DNA from: Candidatus Bathyarchaeia archaeon
GTDB taxonomy: Archaea; Thermoproteota; Bathyarchaeia; Bathyarchaeales; Bathycorpusculaceae
Assembly (NCBI GenBank): GCA_038882655.1
Contig: JAVZNT010000007.1
Coordinates: forward strand, 1-41,699
Length of the DNA: 41,699 bases
Direction: 5' to 3'
Within the stretch, counting starts at the first letter, position 1, and each line of letters begins with the position of its first letter. A program made the position numbers and the translations under genes. A model generated the notes under the pieces. That model was not told the DNA's origin and did not search any database. It saw only the letters and a program-made list of their open reading frames with translations. Shown here piece after piece: positions 1 to 9,227 of the stretch.

Positions 1-2
1 GT

Positions 3-659
3 GTTTTCGGTTCGCTTCTCCAAAGCTTTTACCATCCGAGGTTTTCTGACATTGACATAGTTGTTTATGGCAGGAAAAATTTGGAGCGGATACGAGAAAT
101 CCTACTAGAGCTTTACGTGGATAAAGGCTCGGGGTTTTCCAACGAGTTTGAGGATGACTCATCAATCAGAGGAAAGGCTTGGCACTTCAAGAACATAAGC
201 CCAAAAGAGTTTGTCTGGCACCAGAGGCGCAAAACTATCTACGGAGTTTTCCAAGACGAAGCCTCTAAAAGGGCTATTAAGGTTGAGTTTGAACCTGTTA
301 AAGGTTGGAGCGAAATCATCAACGAATACAGCCAAATTAAGAGGATAACCCGTGAAGGCTGGGTTAAGGCACTCCTATACGTAAAAGATGATTCTGAAGC
401 GCCTTTCATGCCCTCAATCTACCGTGTGGAGGTTGTCAAAATTGTTGAAGGCCCAAAAATTGAAGACTTGAGAAGAGTTGTCTCCTATCTTGAGGAGTTT
501 AGGATGCAAACGTGGAGCGACGAGACCGTTTATGCTGAAGGAAACCTTGAAAAAGTCGAGTTGCGAAACGACGAATGCTTCCACCAAATAACATTAACCT
601 ATGGACCGCGCTACTACGAGCAAGTTTTGAAAGTTGCAGAACCAACAGCCAAAAACTAG
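3..659 (+). CDS. Pol-beta-superfamily nucleotidyltransferase, COG1665-like (5'-partial)
   Basis: The frame of ORF 81..659 stays open to the window edge: nt 3-80 read VFGSLLQSFYHPRFSDIDIVVYGRKN (GS...SDID NTase motif). The C-terminus (DDSEAPFMPSIY...AEGNLEKV) resembles the neighbouring paralog. Confidence 0.8.
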   Translation, partial: VFGSLLQSFYHPRFSDIDIVVYGRKNLERIREILLELYVDKGSGFSNEFEDDSSIRGKAWHFKNISPKEFVWHQRRKTIYGVFQDEASKRAIKVEFEPVKGWSEIINEYSQIKRITREGWVKALLYVKDDSEAPFMPSIYRVEVVKIVEGPKIEDLRRVVSYLEEFRMQTWSDETVYAEGNLEKVELRNDECFHQITLTYGPRYYEQVLKVAEPTAKN

Positions 660-1681
660 TGCTTTAAAATCATGTAGTCTGCGGGTTTGTTTCCAAGAAG
701 CAGCCTAAAATGCTCACAGTCACTTCTATGATCCGTTACTTGTTCAAGCTTCCCCTGCGCCACGATAGTCTCGCCTTTTCTTGCTTGTTCGCAGAACCTT
801 CCGCGGAAGGATGCAATCTCCTTTATAGGCTCGATTTTTGGTCTATCAACAACCTTGACGTCTTCAATTTTGTATGTGCATGGCGTGAATATGGCTCCGG
901 CATCATCAACAACCGTAGCCTCGATTTTTGCATAGCCACAATTCTTGTAGCGGATATCACCATACTTTTCGCCAGTCTCATTCCAGTCCTTCACAAAACG
1001 GATGAAATAGTCTCTATCCATAAACTTGCCCTGAAAAACCTTCCTAGACTCGACTTTAACAAAGTCATCGAAGCTCATGAAAGTGTCTTTCGAACGAAAA
1101 GCGAAAAGTCTCCGCAAATCCCCTAAACTATAAGGCTTTAAGGGGCAAGAAGGTTCCTCAAATAAGGCTTCAATAGCTGAATGAACTTTCCTACAGTTTT
1201 CAGACCCGTAGACGATTAGATCGATATCCGAACTATTGGTATGCAAGCCAACCATAATCGAGCCTGAAGCCCCGATAGCATCCCATGAAATGCCAGCAGA
1301 AGATTTAAGCAGACACGCCATCTCCAAAACCGCGTGTTCTAAAGGGTCTAAGCTCTCAGCCTTTCGAAACCGTTTAAGCACTTCAACTGGCACATATGCT
1401 CTTTTAATATCACTTTTTGGGACTTCACATAGAACCTCGTCGAAAACTGAATCATAAACAAGATATTCTGGAAAATTCTCCTTCAACCAAGTATATCGTT
1501 GGGAAAGAGAATAAACCTTCTCATAAGATAATTCACCACGTTTTCTTTTGCCTGTTTTGCTTGGAAAATACCTTATGAAAGCTATTACTCTGTTTAGCGG
1601 GTGAACTACCCCTTTAACATCAAATATGAAGCCTTGGTTAGTTTCTATAAAGTCTCCTTCGCGAAACCTTCTTTCCATCAA
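656..1681 (-). CDS. Pol-beta-superfamily nucleotidyltransferase, COG1665-like
   Basis: GASGSIMVGLHTNSSDIDLIVYG motif; N-terminal REGDFIET...FDVKG..HP; C-terminal SFRGRFCEQA...GKLE. Confidence 0.8.
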   Translation of the reverse strand: MMERRFREGDFIETNQGFIFDVKGVVHPLNRVIAFIRYFPSKTGKRKRGELSYEKVYSLSQRYTWLKENFPEYLVYDSVFDEVLCEVPKSDIKRAYVPVEVLKRFRKAESLDPLEHAVLEMACLLKSSAGISWDAIGASGSIMVGLHTNSSDIDLIVYGSENCRKVHSAIEALFEEPSCPLKPYSLGDLRRLFAFRSKDTFMSFDDFVKVESRKVFQGKFMDRDYFIRFVKDWNETGEKYGDIRYKNCGYAKIEATVVDDAGAIFTPCTYKIEDVKVVDRPKIEPIKEIASFRGRFCEQARKGETIVAQGKLEQVTDHRSDCEHFRLLLGNKPADYMILKH

Positions 1682-1704
1682 GGGTCAAATGTCTGTATAT
1701 GTAT

Positions 1705-2655
1705 TTATTGTTTCTTGAAAATAAGACCAGCTTTATAGAGTCCGGAAATCAATCCTATCCCGACTATTGTAGCTATGACCGTCATCAGTATTCTTTCAAT
1801 AGCTGAAACTGGAACCATATACATGAACAGGGATGGCACGTCAGGCAATCCTAAAGGTTTGAGGAAATAATCCTCAACAACGCTGAGTGGTATGAAAATG
1901 TCTATTGTTCCTATGAATATTAGGTTTCCAAGCATGTGGTCAGCTATTATCCCGCAATAGCTGGCTAGGAAAACCGAGGAAATAAAGGAAAATCGCCCAG
2001 CTCCGAAAATTCCATACAGGACGAAGATTGCACCTATAATGTATAACGGAAGCGAAAGATAGTTTAAAGGAAGTGTTTCATTTAAGTAGGGTTTTGTGAA
2101 CATATAGCCAACAACAAACAGAATTACTCCGGAAAGTATGGAGGCTGGTTTCAACCGCCAACCCTCTTTTATTGCTTCTATTTCTTTGAATGAGTTTGCA
2201 ACCCAACCTCGCGTGATCAGAACAGAGAATAAGCCTGCAAAGTGGAGAACAGGATAGAATATGGCTTTTTGTCCAACCCATGTGGCATACCATCCAGCTA
2301 TTAAGGCTCCGAGGATCACTGCGGAAATGGGCCACCCTTGAATTTTGCTATTTTTTAAGATTTTATCTAATGTTAAGAACCCGGCTACCATGGCTGAGAT
2401 CGCTGTGCAGAAGGAGGTTAAAACGCTGAAGGGGCTTCCAGCGGCGATTAAACCGCCTATTAAAGCGGCTAGAAATCCTAAATATGGTCCAATTATCATT
2501 CCGTAGAGTGGAGCGATTGCTGCATCAAATTTTATGCTTGCGTCTGGAATTCCAACTATTGGTATTCCAGGTATAAACTTGCAGATTATAAATGAGAGCG
2601 CGGCGAAAATTGTTAATAGCGCCACGTTTTTCGCGGACAATTCAACACTTGCCAA
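1705..2655 (-). CDS. ECF transporter S-component-like membrane protein (enlarged)
   Basis: Multi-TM protein with LLTIFAAL and APLYGMIIGPYLGFLAALIG motifs. Start moved to TTG at 2655, which follows an AGGTGA Shine-Dalgarno. Confidence 0.7.
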   Translation of the reverse strand: MASVELSAKNVALLTIFAALSFIICKFIPGIPIVGIPDASIKFDAAIAPLYGMIIGPYLGFLAALIGGLIAAGSPFSVLTSFCTAISAMVAGFLTLDKILKNSKIQGWPISAVILGALIAGWYATWVGQKAIFYPVLHFAGLFSVLITRGWVANSFKEIEAIKEGWRLKPASILSGVILFVVGYMFTKPYLNETLPLNYLSLPLYIIGAIFVLYGIFGAGRFSFISSVFLASYCGIIADHMLGNLIFIGTIDIFIPLSVVEDYFLKPLGLPDVPSLFMYMVPVSAIERILMTVIATIVGIGLISGLYKAGLIFKKQ

Positions 2656-2684
2656 TTTTTCACCTATGTATTTTTGGTAATTGC

Positions 2685-2702
2685 TGTGTAATTTTTTACA
2701 CA
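2685..2702. promoter_or_regulatory. Inverted repeat TGTGTAA-TTTT-TTACACA, candidate operator
   Basis: Perfect 7-4-7 dyad between the divergent S-component and CitG-like genes. Confidence 0.5.
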
Positions 2703-2751
2703 ACGTTAATAAGCCTTTCCATGCAAACCCTATCGTAAGGTGCAATGTTTA

Positions 2752-3702
2752 ATGGCTTTCACGTTCAGCAAGGCTGAGCATGTTTCGCGTTGTTTGGAGT
2801 TGGCCATTCTTTTGGAGGTTAGTGCGGACAAGCCTGGGAACGTGAACTTGGTGGTTGGTTTTGAGGGCACCAATCACATGCATTTTTTGGCTTCTGCTGT
2901 GGCTGCGGCTCCCCATTTTAGGTTGGCTGCTGAGCGGGGCATAGCCGTTTTAAAAGGCGATATGAGTGTGAAAGATGTTGGTGTTGGAGGAATTATCCGC
3001 GATTGTGTAGCCGACGTGCATACCTGGCAGAGTGGCGGCAACACATTGCTCGGCACAATAATCCTTTTTATGCCTTTGGCTGTTGCGGCTGGCATCACAA
3101 CAGGTGAAAAAGGTGTTTTCAACCTTTCTGTTTTGAGGCAAAACCTGCGAAGGGTTGTTGAGGCAACAACGCCAGAAGATGCCGTTGCAGTTTATGAGGC
3201 TGTTGGGATTGCCAGGCCCAGCGGTTTGGGAAAAGCACCAGACCTAGACGTTGATGACCCAAACTCTGTGAAACGCATTATTGATGAGAGGATTTCGCTC
3301 TACCAGGTTTTTAAAATAGCCTCACCTTATGACATGGTTTGCTCAGAATGGGTTAACAATTACCCAGTAACCTTTGAATATGCCTATCCAACGTTGATGC
3401 GAAATCTTAAGGAGGATGGAGACCTAAACACAGCGATAATTCACACTTTCCTTGCTGTTTTATCCAAGCATCCAGACACCTTCATCGCGAGAAAGGTTGG
3501 ACTTAAAAGGGCTTGCGAAGTCTCAGTTATGGCTGAAGAAGTCTTGAAAAGCGGGGGGCTTAAAACCGCCATTGGAAGAGAAAGACTCCGCGAGTTTGAC
3601 GCCATGCTGCGAAAAGAAAGCAATCTATTGAATCCTGGAACAACAGCAGACATTATCGCGGCTGCCCTTGCATTAGCTGTGCTGGGCGGCTACAGACCAT
3701 AA
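2752..3702 (+). CDS. citG: CitG family triphosphoribosyl transferase (archaeal/methylotroph Orf7-like)
   Basis: LEVSADKPGNV, GGNTLLG, PDTFIARKVG and NPGTTADI motifs; ATG at 2752 preferred to GTG at 2740. Confidence 0.85.
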   Translation: MAFTFSKAEHVSRCLELAILLEVSADKPGNVNLVVGFEGTNHMHFLASAVAAAPHFRLAAERGIAVLKGDMSVKDVGVGGIIRDCVADVHTWQSGGNTLLGTIILFMPLAVAAGITTGEKGVFNLSVLRQNLRRVVEATTPEDAVAVYEAVGIARPSGLGKAPDLDVDDPNSVKRIIDERISLYQVFKIASPYDMVCSEWVNNYPVTFEYAYPTLMRNLKEDGDLNTAIIHTFLAVLSKHPDTFIARKVGLKRACEVSVMAEEVLKSGGLKTAIGRERLREFDAMLRKESNLLNPGTTADIIAAALALAVLGGYRP

Positions 3703-3861
3703 ACAGAAAACTAGAGAGGATAGTCTGCTATTGGCTTTTCCAGCAACCAAAAATACATGACTTTTCAGCCTTAAAGGGGATAAATTAATTAGGATTGAAA
3801 TTTCTGTATGTAGCTTTCAAGAAGTGTTTGGCGTTTAATATGCAAGTGTTGAGGTTTACTG

Positions 3862-4269
3862 ATGGAAGAAAAGCCTAAGCTGAAAGTTACCTTGTTGACT
3901 GGGCGGACAATAGAGCAGGGTGCTGGAAAAGAGCGGGGAAAATCCTCCAAAGAGTATGTGGAAAGCGTTTCAGTCTGCTACGTGGACCCAGAAGACATGA
4001 AAAAGCTCGGCGTAAAAGATGGAACAAATATTCAAGTTTCAACAGCTTTCGGCTCTGTGGTGGTTAAAGCCGTTAAGTCTTTGAGGGCACCGCACAAAGG
4101 CGTAATATTTATTCCCTATGGTCTTTGGGCGAATGTTGTTGTTGACCCTGAAACCCACGGCATTGGAATGCCTTCTTTTAAGGGGATTCCAGCCACTGTG
4201 GAGCCAGCCCCGGACAAACCTGTTCTGGGCTTGGAGGAGCTTCTTAAAACAGTTTTTAGGAAGGATTAA
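3862..4269 (+). CDS. fwdD: Formylmethanofuran dehydrogenase subunit D
   Basis: LLTGRTIEQG, FIPYGLWAN and T.GIGMPSFKG motifs; first gene of a D-B-A-C operon. Confidence 0.93.
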   Translation: MEEKPKLKVTLLTGRTIEQGAGKERGKSSKEYVESVSVCYVDPEDMKKLGVKDGTNIQVSTAFGSVVVKAVKSLRAPHKGVIFIPYGLWANVVVDPETHGIGMPSFKGIPATVEPAPDKPVLGLEELLKTVFRKD

Positions 4270-4272
4270 TAA

Positions 4273-5730
4273 ATGCTAGTTGTCAAAGCTGTGACTTGCC
4301 CGGTTTGCGGAAGCCTATGCGACGACATAGAACTAACCATTGAGAAGGGGCACATAGTTAAGGTTAAGAATGGCTGTGCCATGTGTGAAGCCAAGTTTTT
4401 GGGCTACTGCAGCGAGCACCGTATTTTAAAGCCAATGATAAGGAAGAACGGAGAACTTGTCAAAACAACCCTTAAAGAGGCTATTAGAAGGGCTGCCGAA
4501 ATTTTGGCTGAAGCCAACTATCCGGTGCTTTATGGCTGGAGCAACACAAGCTGCGAAGCCATAAGCGTCGGCATAGAACTAGCCGAAGAGGTTGGCGGAG
4601 TAATAGACAACACCTCTGTTGTCTGCCACGGTCCATCAATTTTGAGCATCCAAGACGTGGGGATTTCATCATGCACTTTGGGGCAGATTAGGCACAGGGC
4701 TGACCTAATCGTCTATTGGGGAAGCAACCCTTGGAGTGCTCATCCAAGGCACATAGAACGTTACACAGCCTTTGCGGAGGGAAGATTCGAGAAAAGCGCG
4801 TGGAGAAGCTATGTAAACAAGGTTAAGACTATGGTTGGGCGGAAAAAGATTCAAAGCGCCATCAAAAGGCTATTCTTCAAAAAGCCAGCACCAGTTCCGC
4901 CACCAATTTCTGAGTATAAGCCCTACCCATCCATAGCCAAGGAAGGCAGAAAACTCATAGTGATTGACGTTAGACGAACAAGATCCGCTGAAATTGCAGA
5001 CTACTTCGTGCAAGTTGAACCCAACAAGGATTACGAGCTTTTGCAGGCTTTTAGGGCGCTGATTCGCGATCAAGAGCTTGAAGTTGACAAAGTGGCTGGC
5101 GTACCAGTTGAGTATCTGGAGGAGGTTGCCGACGCCATGGTCAGTTGTGACTTCGGCGCCCTGTTCTTTGGGCTTGGCTTAACGATGAGCAGCGGCAAAC
5201 TACGAAACATTGACGCTGCTCTCTCGCTGGTGCGGGATCTAAACATGAGAACAAAGTTTATCATAATGCCAATGCGAGGACACTTTAACGTGACTGGCGC
5301 CAACACCGTTTTTACTTGGCAGACGGGTTACCCGTACGCAGTGGACTTCTCCCTTGGCTATCCAAGGTATAATCCTGGCGAAACTTCTGTCGTTGATGTT
5401 TTGCTGCGGAAGGAGTCCGACGCCGCCCTAATAGTGGCTTCAGACCCGGCTTCAAACTTCCCTCGGAAGGCGGCTGAACACTTGGTGGACAACCCCCTAG
5501 TGGTTATTGACCCCCACATGAATGTAACAGCCCAAATGGCTGACGTGCTTATTCCATCTGCATTCGTCGGTATAGAAGCCTCTGGAACAGCCTACCGAAT
5601 GGACCACGTGCCTATACCACTAAAAAAGGTAGTGAACCCGCCAAGGGGGATACTTCCAGACGAGGAGATTCTTAGGCGAATCTTAGCTGAGGTTAGGAAG
5701 ATAAAAGAGAGGGAGGAAGAGAAAGCCTAA
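4273..5730 (+). CDS. fwdB: Formylmethanofuran dehydrogenase subunit B (Mo/W-bis-PGD)
   Basis: CPVCGSLCDDI 4Fe-4S motif, SVVCHGPS metal-ligand Cys (not Sec), PMRGHFNV, GTAYRMD. Confidence 0.95.
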   Translation: MLVVKAVTCPVCGSLCDDIELTIEKGHIVKVKNGCAMCEAKFLGYCSEHRILKPMIRKNGELVKTTLKEAIRRAAEILAEANYPVLYGWSNTSCEAISVGIELAEEVGGVIDNTSVVCHGPSILSIQDVGISSCTLGQIRHRADLIVYWGSNPWSAHPRHIERYTAFAEGRFEKSAWRSYVNKVKTMVGRKKIQSAIKRLFFKKPAPVPPPISEYKPYPSIAKEGRKLIVIDVRRTRSAEIADYFVQVEPNKDYELLQAFRALIRDQELEVDKVAGVPVEYLEEVADAMVSCDFGALFFGLGLTMSSGKLRNIDAALSLVRDLNMRTKFIIMPMRGHFNVTGANTVFTWQTGYPYAVDFSLGYPRYNPGETSVVDVLLRKESDAALIVASDPASNFPRKAAEHLVDNPLVVIDPHMNVTAQMADVLIPSAFVGIEASGTAYRMDHVPIPLKKVVNPPRGILPDEEILRRILAEVRKIKEREEEKA

Positions 5731-7421
5731 TGGAGCTTCTAATAAGAAACGGGTTTGTTTACGACCCCATTAACGGCGTTGACGGAGAAAAAATGGACAT
5801 AGCCGTAAAAGACGGCAAAATAGTTGAGAAAGTCAACGAGCGAAGAGTCAAGAAGATAGATGCTTCTGGGATGGTCGTTATGCCCGGCGGGGTTGACATT
5901 CACAGCCACATAGCCGGCGGCAAGGTCAACGCTGGAAGGCTTCTGCGCCCAGAAGACCACTTTAAAGATTTTGAGCGGAAAACAACCGTCACAAGGTCTG
6001 GTGTGGGCTATTCTATTCCGTCCACTTTTACTACTGGCTACCGCTACGCAAGGATGGGTTGGACAACAGTTATGGACCCAGCTATGCCGCCTTTAGAGGC
6101 GAAGCACACGCATGAGGAGTTAAGCGACACGCCCATAATTGATAAGGCTAGTTATCCGCTGATAGGCGACTGGTGGTTTGTCCTCGAATACTTACGAAAC
6201 GGCAAAATAGAGGAATGCGCTCGTCACGTGGCTTGGATGATTAAGGCGACTAAGGGTTATGCGATAAAGCTTGTAAACCCGGGTGGGCTTGAGGCTTGGG
6301 GTTTCGGACGTAACGTGAAGGATATAGATGATCCGGTTCCATACTTTGGAATCACACCTCGCGAGATTATCCGCGGGCTATGCAGGGTTAATAAGCTTCT
6401 AAACCTGCCACACACAATCCATGTGCACACAAACAACCTTGGGAAGCCAGGCAACTACGTGACAGCCCTAGAAACAATGAAGTGCGTGGAAGATCTAGCA
6501 GAAGACAATAAGCCAGTAATTCACATAACCCACTGCCAGTTCAGCGCCTTCAAAGGCGACGACTGGAGAACCTTCGAATCCGGAGCGGAGGAAATAGCCA
6601 ACTACGTTAATGCACACTCCCACGTGACAATGGACATGGGGCAAGTAATATTCACAGACACCACAACAATGACGGCTGACGGCCCATTCCAATACATACT
6701 CTACACTTTAAGCGGAAACAAGTGGGTGAACCACGACGTTGAAACAGAAACAAGCGCCGGAATTGTGCCATTTCACTACAAAAGGAAGAGCTATGTCCAT
6801 GCAACACAATGGTCTATTGGGCTGGAACTAGCTCTCCTAATTAAAGACCCGTGGAAAATCTTGATGACAACGGACCACCCCAACGGTGGACCATTTATTG
6901 CTTATCCGAGGATTGTGGCTTGGCTTATGAGCAGAAAAGCCAGAGAAGCCACGCTGAAAAAGATTAATCCGAAAGCCAGAAGCAGAAGCCTCCTCCCAAC
7001 AGTAGACCGTGAATTAGGCTTCTATGAAATAGCCATAGTGACAAGGGCGGGGCAAGCAAAAGCCCTAGGGCTTAAAAACAAGGGACACTTAGGTGTCGGC
7101 GCAGATGCAGACATAGCCATATACAACTTTAACCCAGAAATCACCGACCCATCCAAGAAGTATAAGTCTTTGAGGAGGGCTTTCAAAAGGGCAGCCTACA
7201 CCATTAAAGGCGGACAAGTGATGGTCAAAGACGGCAAGGTCCTAAAGCATATTGATGGGGCAACCATGTGGCTGGATGTGCAAACCAGCGAAGAGGCAAA
7301 AATAACAGAGGAAATGAGGAGACGATTTAAAGAGTACTGGACGGTGGAGTTTGAGAACTATCCAGTAAGTGAGGATTATTTGGCAATTTCCAAACCAATA
7401 ACCGTGAAGGCTGAGGTATAA
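5730..7421 (+). CDS. fwdA: Formylmethanofuran dehydrogenase subunit A
   Basis: Amidohydrolase metal ligands DIHSH, KLVNPGG, HVHTNN, HITHCQF and TTDHPNGG all present. Confidence 0.96.
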   Translation: MELLIRNGFVYDPINGVDGEKMDIAVKDGKIVEKVNERRVKKIDASGMVVMPGGVDIHSHIAGGKVNAGRLLRPEDHFKDFERKTTVTRSGVGYSIPSTFTTGYRYARMGWTTVMDPAMPPLEAKHTHEELSDTPIIDKASYPLIGDWWFVLEYLRNGKIEECARHVAWMIKATKGYAIKLVNPGGLEAWGFGRNVKDIDDPVPYFGITPREIIRGLCRVNKLLNLPHTIHVHTNNLGKPGNYVTALETMKCVEDLAEDNKPVIHITHCQFSAFKGDDWRTFESGAEEIANYVNAHSHVTMDMGQVIFTDTTTMTADGPFQYILYTLSGNKWVNHDVETETSAGIVPFHYKRKSYVHATQWSIGLELALLIKDPWKILMTTDHPNGGPFIAYPRIVAWLMSRKAREATLKKINPKARSRSLLPTVDRELGFYEIAIVTRAGQAKALGLKNKGHLGVGADADIAIYNFNPEITDPSKKYKSLRRAFKRAAYTIKGGQVMVKDGKVLKHIDGATMWLDVQTSEEAKITEEMRRRFKEYWTVEFENYPVSEDYLAISKPITVKAEV

Positions 7422-8260
7422 TGTTGGCAAACCTGTACCCGTTAAAAGAGTTTAAACTGCCAATAATGGCTGAATGCATAAACCCAGACATCTTCCAGGG
7501 GAAAAAGCCGAAAGAAATCGAGAAGCTGGAGGTTTGGGAAGGGAACAAGCAAAAAAGGCTTGGAGAACTCTTCAAAGTTGAAGTGACAACCGCGGAAAGC
7601 ACCTCAGAAGCCAATACAATAACTATCCAGGGGAACGTGAACTGCGTGAGGCGAATAGGCGCCGGAATGAAAAGCGGTGAAATAGTTGTTAAAGGCGACG
7701 CTGGCATGCACTTGGGCGAAGAAATGCATGGCGGAAAAATAACAGTGCACGGCAATGTTTTAGGCTGGGCTGGCTCCATGATGAAGGGAGGAACAATAGA
7801 AATTCACGGGAGTGCCGGCGACTATTTGGGTGCGCCTTATCGCGGAAGCACAGAAGGCATGAAAGGCGGAAAAATAATTGTATATGGAAACGTTGGAAAT
7901 GAAGCCGGAGCCCACATGAGAAAAGGCATAATAAAAATTTACGGAAATGCTGGGCAGTTTGTAGGCTTCAAGGTGCATGGCGGCACAATTTACGTACAGA
8001 AAAACTGTGGCGGGAGAGCTGGAGCATGCATGACGGACGGAACAATAATCGTTGGTGGCTTCTTGGAATCTATCCTTCCAACATTCACAATTGAAGGCAT
8101 AAGAAAGAAGGCTAAAATTGAAGAGGGCGAAGTTGTGGAAGCGTCCTTCTACCTTTTCCTCGGAGACCTAACAGAAAACGGTAAGGGAAGACTTTACGTG
8201 GCTAAAGAACCCAACCCCCACCTAAGCCACTATGAAAAACTTCTCTATAGAGAAGGGTAA
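7421..8260 (+). CDS. fwdC: Formylmethanofuran dehydrogenase subunit C
   Basis: GXGXG beta-helix repeats (GxxMxGGxIxxxG) and GAPYRG...GM.GG. Confidence 0.95.
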   Translation: MLANLYPLKEFKLPIMAECINPDIFQGKKPKEIEKLEVWEGNKQKRLGELFKVEVTTAESTSEANTITIQGNVNCVRRIGAGMKSGEIVVKGDAGMHLGEEMHGGKITVHGNVLGWAGSMMKGGTIEIHGSAGDYLGAPYRGSTEGMKGGKIIVYGNVGNEAGAHMRKGIIKIYGNAGQFVGFKVHGGTIYVQKNCGGRAGACMTDGTIIVGGFLESILPTFTIEGIRKKAKIEEGEVVEASFYLFLGDLTENGKGRLYVAKEPNPHLSHYEKLLYREG

Positions 8261-8264
8261 GCCG

Positions 8265-9227
8265 ATGAATAGCGGTTTAAGCGTAAACCGTTTGGCATGG
8301 AAACTACTGGAAAAACTTTGTGGCGACCCCGAATACTACGGCGTGAAAGTTGAAAGGTCGGAGTGCGAAGCCATAATTGTTGACGCTGGAATAAATGTGC
8401 GTGGCGGCTTCCAAGCTGGCAAAGTTATAACGGAAATCTGCATGGGAGGATGTGGAAAAGCCAGAATAGGCTTTTGGCAGTATGGCGAATTTGAGCTTCC
8501 AACAATATTTGTTTACACAGATCACCCAGCAATATCCACTCTAGGCTCCCAGTTTGCAGGATGGAACATTAAGGAGGGCGACTACTTCGCCATAGGCTCT
8601 GGACCGGCGAGAGCCCTAGCTCAAAGACCAAAGGAGATCTATGAGAAGATAGGCTATAGGGACGAGTTTGAAAAAGCCATAGTGGTTTTAGAAACCGACA
8701 AAGTTCCGCCTGAAAGACTTATGCGGAGGCTGGCTGAAGATTGCCACATTCAATGTGAAAATCTAGCGTTAATCTTGACTCCGACAGCAAGTCTAGCCGG
8801 AGCAACACAAGTAGCTGGAAGAATAGTTGAGACTGGAATCCACAAACTCTCAAAGCTTGGCTTTAACCCAAACGCAATTCTTTATGCTTGGGGATGCGCC
8901 CCCATACCGCCAACTCACCCAAAATTTGTCAAAGCTATGGCTAGAACCAACGACGCTATCCTATATGGAGGCATAACCCATTATATTGTTGACTATGAAA
9001 ACGAAGAAGAACTTGCCAAAATAGTGGAAAAGGCACCATCAAAAGCATCAAAAGACTATGGCAAACCCTTCATGGAAATCTTCAAAGCCGCCAACTACGA
9101 CTTCTACAAAATAGACCCAAACATATTCGCACCAGCAAAAATAACAATAAACAATGTAAGAACAGGCAAAACGTTCAATGCGGGAGAAGTCAATGTTAAA
9201 ATTTTAGTGAACGCCTTGATAAGCTAA
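8265..9227 (+). CDS. mch: Methenyl-H4MPT cyclohydrolase
   Basis: LSVN, EICMGG, GSQFAGW, GSGPARAL, RIVETG, RTND.ILYGG, FYKIDP..FAPA motifs; ATG at 8265, just after the fwdC stop. Confidence 0.95.
   Translation: MNSGLSVNRLAWKLLEKLCGDPEYYGVKVERSECEAIIVDAGINVRGGFQAGKVITEICMGGCGKARIGFWQYGEFELPTIFVYTDHPAISTLGSQFAGWNIKEGDYFAIGSGPARALAQRPKEIYEKIGYRDEFEKAIVVLETDKVPPERLMRRLAEDCHIQCENLALILTPTASLAGATQVAGRIVETGIHKLSKLGFNPNAILYAWGCAPIPPTHPKFVKAMARTNDAILYGGITHYIVDYENEEELAKIVEKAPSKASKDYGKPFMEIFKAANYDFYKIDPNIFAPAKITINNVRTGKTFNAGEVNVKILVNALIS

Noticed and set aside
3703-3861. Moco/Wco riboswitch or operator upstream of fwdD (TTGAAA-N14-TTTCAA at 3795-3820)
   Set aside because: No convincing stem architecture; a 6-bp AT-rich dyad is expected by chance.
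4612-4640. Selenocysteine in FwdB
   Set aside because: The ligand codon is TGC (Cys) in SVVCHGPS and there is no in-frame TGA.
7620-8060. Repetitive GGC/GGA-rich DNA
   Set aside because: Explained by the GXGXG beta-helix repeats of FwdC.
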